Shown in pieces: positions 52,604-61,856 of a stretch of DNA of 64,000 nt (position 1 is the stretch's first letter; the number at the start of each line of letters is the position of its first letter). The notes under the pieces are model-generated. The model was not told the DNA's origin and did not search any database. It saw only the letters and a list, made by a program, of their open reading frames with translations. The translations under genes and the position numbers were made by a program. The DNA is taken from assembly GCA_963666735.1 (NCBI GenBank), contig OY762926.1:640001-704000 (forward strand). The letters run 5' to 3'. This DNA is from Gemmatimonadota bacterium (GTDB taxonomy: Bacteria; Gemmatimonadota; Gemmatimonadetes; Palauibacterales; Palauibacteraceae).

Positions 52604-53558
52604 GGGGGTTGAAAGGCGGGAGCGTGCGGGCAGCGCGCGCGCGCGAAAGAGTGGGACCGACACGCTGGGGGGACCGGCGCGCCTCAGCCTGTTCGCCTGG
52701 GTTTCGCTGCTGCCCTTATTCGCCGCGTGCGGGTCCGGCGATGCGCCTCCGACCGCGAGCGAGCCCCTGCCCGAAGGGGTGGATACCGCCGTTCGAGGGA
52801 TGCGGACGTTCGTTACGCGCGACGGAATCCGGCGCGCGGTCGTGGACGCCAATACGGCGGAGTGGCACGCGGAGAACGAGATTCACCTGCGGGAGATGAC
52901 GCTGACCTTCTTCGATCCGCGCGGAATGGAATCGACGGAGGTGACCGCGGAGTTCGGGATCTTCCATCAACTCACCGGCGACCTCGAGGCCGAGGGGCAG
53001 GTGGTCGTGGAGGACCGTCTGGACGACCAGCGTCTCGAGACGGAGCGTCTCCGATATCAGAATCTCGATGGTCGTCTGTACGGCGATACCGCGTTTCGTC
53101 TCCTGCGGGGGGTGGAGGGTCTGACCCTCGACGGGACGGCGTTCGAGTCGGATCCGTCGCTCGACTCGGTCGTCGTCCTGAATCAGGCAGGAGAGATGCT
53201 ACCCCAGGTCGTCTACTCGGAGGCGATTCCCCTGCCGGCGGATCCGGTCGGGGATACCGCGGGAGTCGCCGAGGAGCCCGTTGCCGAGGCGCGGGGCGCG
53301 GACGAACCGGCGCCGGTGGACTCGACGGCGGCGGAGATCGATCCGGCGGCGCTCCCGGCGCAGGATTCCGCGGCGGCGGCGGCGGACAGTACGGGGATAT
53401 TGCCCGACAGCGTGACGGCGCGCGCGGACAGTGCGACCGTGCTGCCCGACACGACGGAAGCCCCGGCGGACAGCCTGGCGGCGCCCCCCGACACGACGGG
53501 AGCCCTGCCGGACAGCCTGGCGGCGCCCCCCGATACCACCGCGGCGACGCGCCCGTGA
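52593..53558 (+). CDS. lptC: LPS export protein LptC-like lipoprotein with D-S/T repeat tail
   Basis: AAGGAGGA RBS and TTG; lipobox FAAC; beta-jellyroll-like segment (LETERLRY); position between kdsC and lptA/lptB. Confidence 0.75.
   Translation: MRVEGVERRERAGSARARKSGTDTLGGPARLSLFAWVSLLPLFAACGSGDAPPTASEPLPEGVDTAVRGMRTFVTRDGIRRAVVDANTAEWHAENEIHLREMTLTFFDPRGMESTEVTAEFGIFHQLTGDLEAEGQVVVEDRLDDQRLETERLRYQNLDGRLYGDTAFRLLRGVEGLTLDGTAFESDPSLDSVVVLNQAGEMLPQVVYSEAIPLPADPVGDTAGVAEEPVAEARGADEPAPVDSTAAEIDPAALPAQDSAAAAADSTGILPDSVTARADSATVLPDTTEAPADSLAAPPDTTGALPDSLAAPPDTTAATRP
53364..53550 (+). repeat. 21-bp/7-aa degenerate tandem repeat encoding D-(S/T)-x heptads
   Basis: DSAAAAA-DSTGILP-DSVTARA-DSATVLP-DTTEAPA-DSLAAPP-DTTGALP-DSLAAPP-DTT; exact DNA repeat GGACAGCCTGGCGGCGCCCCCCGA at 53468 and 53510. 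Confidence 0.9.
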
Positions 53559-55441
53559 GTCGCGGACGCATCAGGTTGTTGAGCTGTCTGGCGCTGGCGA
53601 CATGGCTCGCCGGCCCGCTCGTCGCGCAGGAGCCCGAGGCGGGCGTCGGGTCGGCGCTCAACCGGTGCAATCTCCGATGGAGCCCGCTTGAAGCCGACAC
53701 GAGGAGCGTCACGAACCGGGATGTAGCGGGGGCGCACGTCACCCATCTCAGCGGCCGATACCTGTGGACCTGCGGAACCGCCACGATGGAGGCGGACAGC
53801 GCGATAAAGCGCGACGGTCCCCGGCAGGTCGAGCTGCTGGGCGCGGTCGTCTACGCAGATTCGATACGGACGCTGAAGTCGGAGCGGCTCCTGTACTTTC
53901 AACTCTCCGATTTCATCATCGCCGAGGAAACCGTCGAACTCGTCCGTCTGACGGATCGCTCCACCCTCATCGGCCCCCGCGTGGAGTTTCTGCGAGCCGT
54001 CGCCGGCATCGACGCCGTCACGACCGCGCCCGGGCGGCCGACCGTTACGTTCTATCCGACAAACACCGAGTCGCCCGAGCCGTTCACGGTCGAGTCGGAG
54101 CTGGCCATCTTCGCCGGGGAGGACGAGGCCCGCTTCTACGGGGACGCGGTGATCGTCCGGAGCGATCTCAACGCCCAGGCCGACAGCGCCATGCTCACTC
54201 GCGCCGATGGTCTCGGCGTCCTGTGGGGCGAGCCGTGGATCGAGGCCGAAGGAATCCGGCTGGAGGGCGATTCGATACGGTTCGTTTCCCAAAACGAGGA
54301 ACTCGAGGAAATTCACGCTGTCGGAGACGGGTATGCGGCGGGGGAGAGATTCGAGGTGGCGGCGGAGTTGATCGACATCGATCTGGAGAATCGCGAGGTG
54401 GAGCAGGTGCAGGCTCACGGAGAGGGTGTGAGCCGGGCGCTCTCCGGCAGCCACGAGCTGCGGGGCGACTCGATTCATTTCGTGATGTACGGGAGCCGGA
54501 TCGACACGGCATATGCGGTCGGCGGTGCGGTCGCGGTCCAGCGTGACTCGTCCTGGATCGTGCCGCCCGCGCAGGAGTCGGCGATGGCCGATTCGACGGC
54601 CACCGACTCGACCGTCGCCGATTCCACCGTCGCCGATTCGACCGCCAGCGCCAGCGACTCGACCGCCACGGACTCGACGGCTGCCGCGCAGCAGGCGCCC
54701 GACGCTCCCGCCCCGACGGACTCCGCCGGAGTCAGCGCGGACACCACGGCGGGCACAGCGGCGGACGCAACGGCAGACACCGCGGAAGCGGAGGCGGAGG
54801 ACGATGGGCCCTCGGAGATCGAGCTGGCGACCGATGGCTCCGCGAACTGGGCGCGCGGCGATACGCTCATCGCGGTCTTCGAGCGCTCCGCCGCACCGGT
54901 CGCGGACTCGGCTCCGGCGTCCGACCCCTTCATGCGGCAACTCGTGCTCGGCGGAAACGCCAGCGCCCTCTACCGGATGGTACGGGATTCGACGACGAGC
55001 GCACGACCTTCGCTGAACTATCTCGTGGCGCGGCGCATTCAGGTGGATTTCGAGGCGGGAGAACCCACGGCGGTCGAGGGCGAACACGCCATCGGCGCCT
55101 TTCTGGAGCCGCGGGAGGCGTTCGGGATTCCGTCGCCGGCGGATAGCGCGGCGGCGGCCGACAGCGCGACAGTGGCGGATAGCGCGGCGGCCGTGGCCGA
55201 TAGCGCGGAGGCTGCGGCCGCGGGCGACTCGCTGGGTGCGCTTCCGGACACGTCGGACGTCCGGCCCGACAGCACAACGACGCCACCCGACACGGTCGGC
55301 GCGCCTCCGGACACCGCGCGCCGGCGCGGACACCACCGGAGCGGGGATGTGCGGCTTGCCCTGCGTGCTCGCCAACCGGGGCGGGAGCGGCGCGTGGTGT
55401 CCGGCGCGTCTCCCGTCCTCAGACCCGGGAGATCGTGTTGA
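53555..55441 (+). CDS. Large OstA/LptA-like beta-jellyroll periplasmic protein with D-S/T-rich linkers
   Basis: Signal peptide; repeated ADSA/GDSI strand motifs typical of OstA-like domains; lies between lptC and lptB. Confidence 0.7.
   Translation: MSRGRIRLLSCLALATWLAGPLVAQEPEAGVGSALNRCNLRWSPLEADTRSVTNRDVAGAHVTHLSGRYLWTCGTATMEADSAIKRDGPRQVELLGAVVYADSIRTLKSERLLYFQLSDFIIAEETVELVRLTDRSTLIGPRVEFLRAVAGIDAVTTAPGRPTVTFYPTNTESPEPFTVESELAIFAGEDEARFYGDAVIVRSDLNAQADSAMLTRADGLGVLWGEPWIEAEGIRLEGDSIRFVSQNEELEEIHAVGDGYAAGERFEVAAELIDIDLENREVEQVQAHGEGVSRALSGSHELRGDSIHFVMYGSRIDTAYAVGGAVAVQRDSSWIVPPAQESAMADSTATDSTVADSTVADSTASASDSTATDSTAAAQQAPDAPAPTDSAGVSADTTAGTAADATADTAEAEAEDDGPSEIELATDGSANWARGDTLIAVFERSAAPVADSAPASDPFMRQLVLGGNASALYRMVRDSTTSARPSLNYLVARRIQVDFEAGEPTAVEGEHAIGAFLEPREAFGIPSPADSAAAADSATVADSAAAVADSAEAAAAGDSLGALPDTSDVRPDSTTTPPDTVGAPPDTARRRGHHRSGDVRLALRARQPGRERRVVSGASPVLRPGRSC
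54590..54680 (+). repeat. Approximately 15-bp/5-aa degenerate tandem repeat (DSTxx)
   Basis: [32 protein letters not shown]; a second D-S/T block lies at about 55142-55320. Confidence 0.85.
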
Positions 55442-56163
55442 GCAGTGTACTTCGGGCCGACGGCCTCGTCCGCTCCTTCAAGCGGCGCTGCGTCGTGAAC
55501 CAGGTGGAGATCGAGGTGCGGCAGGGGGAGGTCGTCGGGCTGCTCGGCCCCAACGGCGCGGGGAAGACGACGACCTTCTACATGATCGTCGGCCTGCTCA
55601 AGGCGGATGAGGGTCGCGTCTACCTCGATGACGACGAACTCACGAGTTGGCCCATGTACCGGCGGGCGCGCGCCGGCATCGGGTATCTCCCCCAGGAGGC
55701 GTCGGTCTTCCAGAAGCTCACGGTCGAACAGAACGTGATGGCGATCCTCGAGACCATCAAGATGACGCGGCAGGAGCGGCGCGACCGCCTCGAGGAGTTG
55801 CTCGACGAATTGTCCATCAAGCACCTTCGGGCGAACAAGGCCTATTCGCTCTCCGGGGGAGAGCGGCGGCGGCTCGAGATCACGCGGGCGCTGGCGACCC
55901 GCCCCAAGTTCCTGCTGCTCGATGAACCCTTCACCGGGGTCGACCCGATTGCGATCGATGACATTCAGCGCATCGTGCGGGGCCTGAGGGACAAGGGTCT
56001 GGGGGTTCTCATCACCGACCACAACGTGCGCGAGACGCTGTCGATCACGGACCGCGCGTACCTCCTGTTCGAAGGCAGGATCCTGGTGCAGGGCGAGGCG
56101 GACCACCTCGTGAACGACCCGGAAGCCCGGCAACTGTACCTCGGGGAGGACTTCAGGCTCTGA
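55435..56163 (+). CDS. lptB: LPS export ABC transporter ATP-binding protein
   Basis: [54 protein letters not shown]. Confidence 0.97.
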   Translation: MLSSVLRADGLVRSFKRRCVVNQVEIEVRQGEVVGLLGPNGAGKTTTFYMIVGLLKADEGRVYLDDDELTSWPMYRRARAGIGYLPQEASVFQKLTVEQNVMAILETIKMTRQERRDRLEELLDELSIKHLRANKAYSLSGGERRRLEITRALATRPKFLLLDEPFTGVDPIAIDDIQRIVRGLRDKGLGVLITDHNVRETLSITDRAYLLFEGRILVQGEADHLVNDPEARQLYLGEDFRL

Positions 56164-56165
56164 AC

Positions 56166-57614
56166 ATGGCATCGGGACGGCCGAATCTCTCCGCGGGTCC
56201 CCACCTGCGGCAGGAACAGAAGGCGCAGCCTCGCCTCTACCAGGCGATGGACCTTCTGCACATGCCGCTGCTCGATCTTCAGGGCCACCTGAGACAGGCA
56301 CTCGTCGACAACCCGTTCCTCGACCTCGTGGAACCCGGAGATGAGCCGGACGGCCCCGATGGCCCGCGTGACTCCCCGGCCGATGAGGCGGCCGACGACC
56401 CCGCGGAGGAAGTGGACTGGGAGGATGTTCTCCTCGACGACTTCGATGCGGGCGGGCGGCCCGAGGAATACGGCGACCGGGAGTACTACACGCCCGTGCC
56501 GGCCGCCACGCAGAGTCTCTGGGATCATCTCCACGAGCAGTTGAACCTGCTCCGCCTCGGCGAGCGTCAGCTGCTGGTCGGCGAAGAGATCATCGGGAAC
56601 GTGGACCGCGACGGGTTCCTCTCATGTTCGCTCGACCGGATTCTGGAGGCCCTGAAGGCACGGCTGGAGGGTCGGCCGGATGCGGCGTGGACCATCTCGC
56701 GGGACGACGTCGAGGAGATGCTTGCCCGAGTCCAGTCCTTCGAACCGAGCGGAATCGCGGCCCGGGACCTGCGCGAGACGCTCCTGCTGCAATTGAGAGA
56801 CCGGCGGCGGGAGGCGTCGCTGGCCTACCGTATCGTCGACGGGCACTTCGACGACCTCGCGAACCATCGGTGGACCGAGTTGGCGGAGGAATACGGAGTC
56901 ACGCCGCGCGAAGTGCAGGCGGCGGCGGATGAGATCGCGAAGCTCGACCCCAAGCCCGGTCTCAGGTATGCGGACACGTCGGAATCCTACGTGATCCCGG
57001 ACCTGACGGTGCAGAAGGTCGAGGGGCGGTACCGCGTCTCACACGCGGACACGTCGCTGCCGCGACTGAAGATCTCGCCGGTCTACCGGGACGTGGCCGC
57101 GGATCGCGCCCGGTTCCAGGGGGAAAACAGGGTGTTCATCTCGGAGAGGCTGAACAGTGCCCGGTGGTTGATCCAGGCGATCGAGCAGCGTCGCCGGACG
57201 ATGCTGAGGGTGATGGATTTCATCGTCGAACGGCAGCGCGACTTCTTCGAGCAGGGTGTCGAACACCTGCGGCCGCTCACGCTTCGGGATGTGGCCAAAC
57301 ACATCGAAATGCACGAATCCACCGTCTCTCGCGTGACGAACGGAAAGTACGTGCAGACGCCGCGCGGACTCTATCCGCTCAAGTTCTTCTTTTCGGGCGG
57401 CTATTCGATGCGCGGGGGTGAAGACGTGTCGTCGGAGGGAGTGCGGGCCCGGATCCGCAAGCTGGTGGCGGAGGAGGACCGCACGGCGCCGCTCAGCGAC
57501 CACGAGATCACCGCCCGCCTGCAGAAGACGGGGGTCCGGATCGCGCGCCGCACGGTGGCGAAGTACCGGGACCGGCTCGGGATCCTCCCGGCGCGGCTGC
57601 GGAGGCGCGTATGA
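56166..57614 (+). CDS. rpoN: RNA polymerase sigma-54 factor
   Basis: ARDLRE.LLLQ, HESTVSR, LKFFF, RpoN box ARRTVAKYR. Confidence 0.97.
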   Translation: MASGRPNLSAGPHLRQEQKAQPRLYQAMDLLHMPLLDLQGHLRQALVDNPFLDLVEPGDEPDGPDGPRDSPADEAADDPAEEVDWEDVLLDDFDAGGRPEEYGDREYYTPVPAATQSLWDHLHEQLNLLRLGERQLLVGEEIIGNVDRDGFLSCSLDRILEALKARLEGRPDAAWTISRDDVEEMLARVQSFEPSGIAARDLRETLLLQLRDRRREASLAYRIVDGHFDDLANHRWTELAEEYGVTPREVQAAADEIAKLDPKPGLRYADTSESYVIPDLTVQKVEGRYRVSHADTSLPRLKISPVYRDVAADRARFQGENRVFISERLNSARWLIQAIEQRRRTMLRVMDFIVERQRDFFEQGVEHLRPLTLRDVAKHIEMHESTVSRVTNGKYVQTPRGLYPLKFFFSGGYSMRGGEDVSSEGVRARIRKLVAEEDRTAPLSDHEITARLQKTGVRIARRTVAKYRDRLGILPARLRRRV

Positions 57615-58549
57615 GGGGCGAGGTGCGGGACCCGGGGATCTCGGTCATCGTCCCCGCCTACGACGAAGCCGAGAACATGCCCGAGTTGTTCGCGGAACTC
57701 GCGGCGACGTTCGCGGAGCACGATCTCGCGGCCGAGGTCGTTTTGGTCGACGATGGTTCCGGCGACGGGACGGCCGAGGCCGCCGAGGAGGCGGCGGCGC
57801 GGGTGGGGCTGGGCGGCGGGGCCGTCGTGCTTCGGCATCGCGCGAACCGGGGGAAGACGGAGGCGATGCTCACGGCCGCGGCGGCCGCCCGCGGCGAGTA
57901 CCTCGTCCTCTTCGACGCAGACCTGCAGCATTCCACGGAGGAGATCCCGCGCTTCGCGGCGATGCTGGACGAGGGTTACGACCTCGTCGCGGGCCGCAAG
58001 GTGGGGCGCTACGAGAAGCGCTTCATCTCGTCCATCTACAACCGGCTCGCGCGTGCGATCTTCAAGGTGCCGGTTCGCGACCTCAACTCCATGAAGGCGT
58101 TTCGGGCCGATGTCCTCACGGGCCTCAGGCTGCGGCACGACTGGCACCGCTATTTAGTCGTGCTCGCCCATGCCCGCGGATACCGGCTCGGCGAGCTGGA
58201 CATCGACCTCCTGCCGAGACGGCACGGCGAGCCCAAGTTCTCCGGGCGCCGGCGAATCCTGATCGGGATGCTGGATCTGGTCTCCGTGTGGTTCCAGCTC
58301 GTGTTCGGACGCAAGCCGCTGCTCTTCTTCGGCACGAGCGGCCTCGCGATGATCGCGGCCGGCTGCGTCACGGGGCTCGCGGCCCTCGCGCTGCGCTTCG
58401 GGTTCGGCCTCGGGTATCGTCCGCTGCTCACGCTCGTACTTCTTCTGGTCGTGGGAGGCCTCCTCCTCTTTGTGCTGGGGTTCCTCGCGGAGACGATGGC
58501 GCAGCTGCGGGACGAGATCGAGGAGCTCAAGCGCGGCGGAATCCGGTGA
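57611..58549 (+). CDS. Glycosyltransferase family 2 (polyprenyl-phosphate sugar synthase, ArnC/DPM1-like)
   Basis: ISVIVPAYDE, VDDGS.DGT, DADLQH, R.HG.PK, two C-terminal TM helices. Confidence 0.92.
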   Translation: MRGEVRDPGISVIVPAYDEAENMPELFAELAATFAEHDLAAEVVLVDDGSGDGTAEAAEEAAARVGLGGGAVVLRHRANRGKTEAMLTAAAAARGEYLVLFDADLQHSTEEIPRFAAMLDEGYDLVAGRKVGRYEKRFISSIYNRLARAIFKVPVRDLNSMKAFRADVLTGLRLRHDWHRYLVVLAHARGYRLGELDIDLLPRRHGEPKFSGRRRILIGMLDLVSVWFQLVFGRKPLLFFGTSGLAMIAAGCVTGLAALALRFGFGLGYRPLLTLVLLLVVGGLLLFVLGFLAETMAQLRDEIEELKRGGIR

Positions 58550-59781
58550 GGGTCGTTCATGTCGTCACGGCCTTCCCCCGCCATGACGACGACGTGATCA
58601 CCCCGTGGCTCGGAAGATTGTTGCTCGGCCTGTGTGAACGGGGCGTGGACGTCGAGGTACTGGCGCCCGCCTACCGGGGTGGGGGCGCGACGGAGTGGCG
58701 AGACATTCCCGTGCGCCGCTTCCGGTACGCCCCGGCCCGGCTCGAAACCCTCACGCACGAGGAGACCGCACCGGACCGTCTTCGCCGCCGGCCGGCCTAC
58801 GCCGCGCTTCTGCCGGGGTACATGCTGGGCGGCAGCCTGGCGTCGATCGGTCTCGGGACGTCGCCGCCCCCGGACGTGGTCCATGTGCACTGGCCGGTTC
58901 CACACGGCTGGTTCGGGGCCCTGGCGCGCGCCTCATCGGAACGGACGGCCGTGGTTTCGAGCTTCTATTCCGTCGAAATCCGCTGGATCGAACGTCGTCT
59001 CCGGTGGGCCGTACCGTTCCTGAGCTGGTCGATCGAGAGTGCCGACGCCGTGACGGCCATCTCGACCGCCACGGCCGCGGCCGTGGCTCGGTACACGTCG
59101 CGGGAGGTGCCCGTGATTCCCTTCAGCGCGGCCATCTCCGATCGATCGCTACCCGGGAGCATGACCGCCGAGGCCCGGCCGCTGGAGCGCGGGGGACGGG
59201 TGCGACTTCTCTTTGTGGGCCGCCTTGTGGAGCGGAAGGGCGTGCATATCCTGATACGTGCGCTGGCTCGCGTCCGTGAGCGCGTCGACGCGACGCTCAC
59301 GGTGATCGGCGATGGGCCCCAGGCCGCCCCGCTGGAAGCGGAGGCCCGCCGCGTCGGCGCCGACGCCTTCGTCCGCTTCGAGGGCCGAGTCGGTGAAGAA
59401 GCGCTCGCAGAGGCGTACCGGACGAGCGATCTCTTCATCCTTCCGGCGGTCGTCGACGGGAAGGGCGACACGGAGGGGCTCGGCGTGGTTCTCCTCGAAG
59501 CGCTCGAATTCGGGTTGCCGCTGATCGCGTCCGATGTGGGAGGAATCCCGGACATCGTGAGGCATGGCCAGACGGGGCTGCTGGTACCGCCCGGCGAGGT
59601 CGGCGCGCTGGCGCGCGCCATCGTGCAGGTGATCGAAGACCCCGCCGCGGCACGGGAACGGGTCGAGAGGGGAAGGGCGCACATGCGCGAACACTTCGGG
59701 CTGCCGCAGGTGGTGGATCGGCTCGTGCGCCACTACGAGCGCGCCGTGGCCGTCCGGCGCGGATTCAAGACGGGCGCATGA
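58546..59781 (+). CDS. Glycosyltransferase family 4
   Basis: HVHWP.P, FVGRLVERKG, EGLGVVLLEA, SDVGGIPDIV. Confidence 0.93.
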   Translation: MRVVHVVTAFPRHDDDVITPWLGRLLLGLCERGVDVEVLAPAYRGGGATEWRDIPVRRFRYAPARLETLTHEETAPDRLRRRPAYAALLPGYMLGGSLASIGLGTSPPPDVVHVHWPVPHGWFGALARASSERTAVVSSFYSVEIRWIERRLRWAVPFLSWSIESADAVTAISTATAAAVARYTSREVPVIPFSAAISDRSLPGSMTAEARPLERGGRVRLLFVGRLVERKGVHILIRALARVRERVDATLTVIGDGPQAAPLEAEARRVGADAFVRFEGRVGEEALAEAYRTSDLFILPAVVDGKGDTEGLGVVLLEALEFGLPLIASDVGGIPDIVRHGQTGLLVPPGEVGALARAIVQVIEDPAAARERVERGRAHMREHFGLPQVVDRLVRHYERAVAVRRGFKTGA

Positions 59782-60704
59782 TGCGGTTGGCGGTCGTCCG
59801 CTGGTATCTCTACGCCCTGTATCTGCGTTGCGTCAGGCTCAGAGACCGGTTGCTGCGTCCGCGGGCGCTCGCGGAGGTCGATGCCAATCTCGCTCACCTG
59901 CTGCTCGCGGAATATGGGGAGGCGGTCGGGGATCCCGACGGGCGCGGATACAGGGAATTCCTCCGACGGCGCGAATTCAAGGTGTCCTCCCAGAACGGAG
60001 AGGACGGCCTCCTGGCTTTCATCTTCTCCGAGATCGGCGTGACGAACCGAAGATTCGTGGAATTCGGCGTGGGCGACGGCCGCGAGTGCAACTGTGCCAA
60101 TCTGGCGACCTGGTTCGGATGGAGCGGCCTGATGCTCGAGTCCGATGCCGCGGACGCGCGGCGAGCCCGCGAACGCTATGCCCGGTTGGAGAGGCGCGAT
60201 GGGACCGTCGTAGAGGTCCAACGAGCGCATGTGACCGTCGAGAATATCAACGAGACGATCTCGGGCGCCGGGGCGCACGGCGAGATCGATCTTCTTTCGA
60301 TCGACGTAGACGGGAACGACTACTGGCTCTGGGAAGCGCTCGATGTCATCGAGCCGAGAGTTGTCGTGATCGAGTACAACGCGTCCTTCGGGCAGCGACC
60401 GGTCAGTGTCCCCTACGACCCCGGTTTTGTCCGTTTTCGCAAGCACCGAAGCGGCTGGTATCACGGCGCGTCGCTGGCTGCTCTGGCGAGACTGGGGGAG
60501 CGGAAGGGTTACGACCTGGTCGGGACGGACAGCCGGGGCGTCAATGCCTTCTTCGTTCGCGCGGACGCGCGGCGCGGATGCCTCAGAGCCGTGAATGCGG
60601 AAGAGGCATATTATCCGCAGAAGAAACGTCTCGCGGTTGCAACGGTCGAACAGCAGTTCGAGGCTATTCGGCACCTTGATTTCGTCGAGATCCGAACGCC
60701 ATGA
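59778..60704 (+). CDS. FkbM-like putative methyltransferase
   Basis: SQNGEDG, FVEFG.GDG, DLLSIDVDGNDYW, VIEYN, NAFFVR. Confidence 0.7.
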   Translation: MMRLAVVRWYLYALYLRCVRLRDRLLRPRALAEVDANLAHLLLAEYGEAVGDPDGRGYREFLRRREFKVSSQNGEDGLLAFIFSEIGVTNRRFVEFGVGDGRECNCANLATWFGWSGLMLESDAADARRARERYARLERRDGTVVEVQRAHVTVENINETISGAGAHGEIDLLSIDVDGNDYWLWEALDVIEPRVVVIEYNASFGQRPVSVPYDPGFVRFRKHRSGWYHGASLAALARLGERKGYDLVGTDSRGVNAFFVRADARRGCLRAVNAEEAYYPQKKRLAVATVEQQFEAIRHLDFVEIRTP

Positions 60705-60868
60705 CGACGGACGCGCGATACTGGAGCGAACGGCATTTCGCATCTCTCACAGTCTGGGCCACCGCGCACTTCGGGCGCCGATGGGTCGGGGTGGGGCCGG
60801 GTCCGGCTGCGTCGGGGCGGAAGCAACCCGGGTCGATTGTCGTGAGAATGCCAACGGGAGAGACCTGA
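60701..60868 (+). CDS. Short 55-aa ORF, possible gene remnant
   Basis: ATGA overlap with the upstream stop; ends 1 nt before the next TTG; MTTDARYWSERH... No family recognised. Confidence 0.3.
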   Translation: MTTDARYWSERHFASLTVWATAHFGRRWVGVGPGPAASGRKQPGSIVVRMPTGET

Positions 60869-60869
60869 A

Positions 60870-61856
60870 TTGTCCAGCAGCCCGATGCCCGCCGAACCCT
60901 CAACCCCGAAGGCGGCGGTGGAAGTTTGCGAGTTCTGTGGCGGGATGTCCGTTGCGGTCAGATACGATTTCGGGCCGCAACGGATTCTGCGGTGCAGGAA
61001 CTGCACGTTCATGTGGCTGACACCGAGACCCTCCGAAGCTGAACTGAAGGAAATCTACGGCGTCGACTATTTCCGTAACCGAGACTTCTTCGATGCGGAC
61101 AACGACACGCTGTATGGATACTACGATTATTTTTCCGAACGCTTCATCAAACAAATGGACCACCAGCGGATCGTGGATCGACTCGCCGGTCCGAGGCCGG
61201 TTTCGGGTGCTCCACGTCGCAGGTTCCTCGACATCGGATGCGGTCTTGGATACTTGCTCGATGTCGCGCACGACCGCGGATTCGACGTCGAAGGGGTTGA
61301 GTACAACCCCGCTGCCGCAGACTGGATAGCCTCCAAGTACCAGTTCCGGGTCTTCTGTGGGGACTTCATGGCGCACGAAGGAGGGCCCTTTGACGTGGTT
61401 GCGATGCTCGACGTGATAGAACACCTGCCGCAACCCTTCGACGCCCTCGACAAGGTCGCCGCCGTTACCAAACCCGGTGGAGTGTTCGTCGTTTCCACGA
61501 TGGACTCCGATTCGCTCGTGTCCCGTTTGATCGGTAAGCGACTCGAGGATTTTCGGAGGACGAGGGAGCACTTGTACTTCTTCAACCGGCGGTCGCTCGG
61601 CGCCGCCCTGGAACGTGCCGGCTTCGATGTCCTGCGAATCGAATCCTACGGACTCACGATTCAGTTGGATTTTCTGGCGGCCAGGATGCGACTGGCTTTT
61701 CCGGTGGTCGGTGCCCTGTTTGAGAAATTTGTGCGCTGGCTTCGCTTGTCCAATCGTCGCTTCCGATTCGATCCGCGCACGAAGATGATCGTATTTGCGC
61801 GGCGCCGCGAAATCGCCGGCGAAAGAGCCCCGGACGCCTCACCGGCCGTGCGATGA
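60870..61856 (+). CDS. Class I SAM-dependent methyltransferase with N-terminal zinc ribbon
   Basis: CEFC...CRNC, FLDIGCGLG, FDVV.M.DVIEHL, KPGG, EHLYFF. Confidence 0.9.
   Translation: MSSSPMPAEPSTPKAAVEVCEFCGGMSVAVRYDFGPQRILRCRNCTFMWLTPRPSEAELKEIYGVDYFRNRDFFDADNDTLYGYYDYFSERFIKQMDHQRIVDRLAGPRPVSGAPRRRFLDIGCGLGYLLDVAHDRGFDVEGVEYNPAAADWIASKYQFRVFCGDFMAHEGGPFDVVAMLDVIEHLPQPFDALDKVAAVTKPGGVFVVSTMDSDSLVSRLIGKRLEDFRRTREHLYFFNRRSLGAALERAGFDVLRIESYGLTIQLDFLAARMRLAFPVVGALFEKFVRWLRLSNRRFRFDPRTKMIVFARRREIAGERAPDASPAVR

Noticed and set aside
53364..55320. Periodic repeats as a CRISPR array
   Set aside because: The repeats are in-frame coding, degenerate and lack unique spacers; no cas genes are present.
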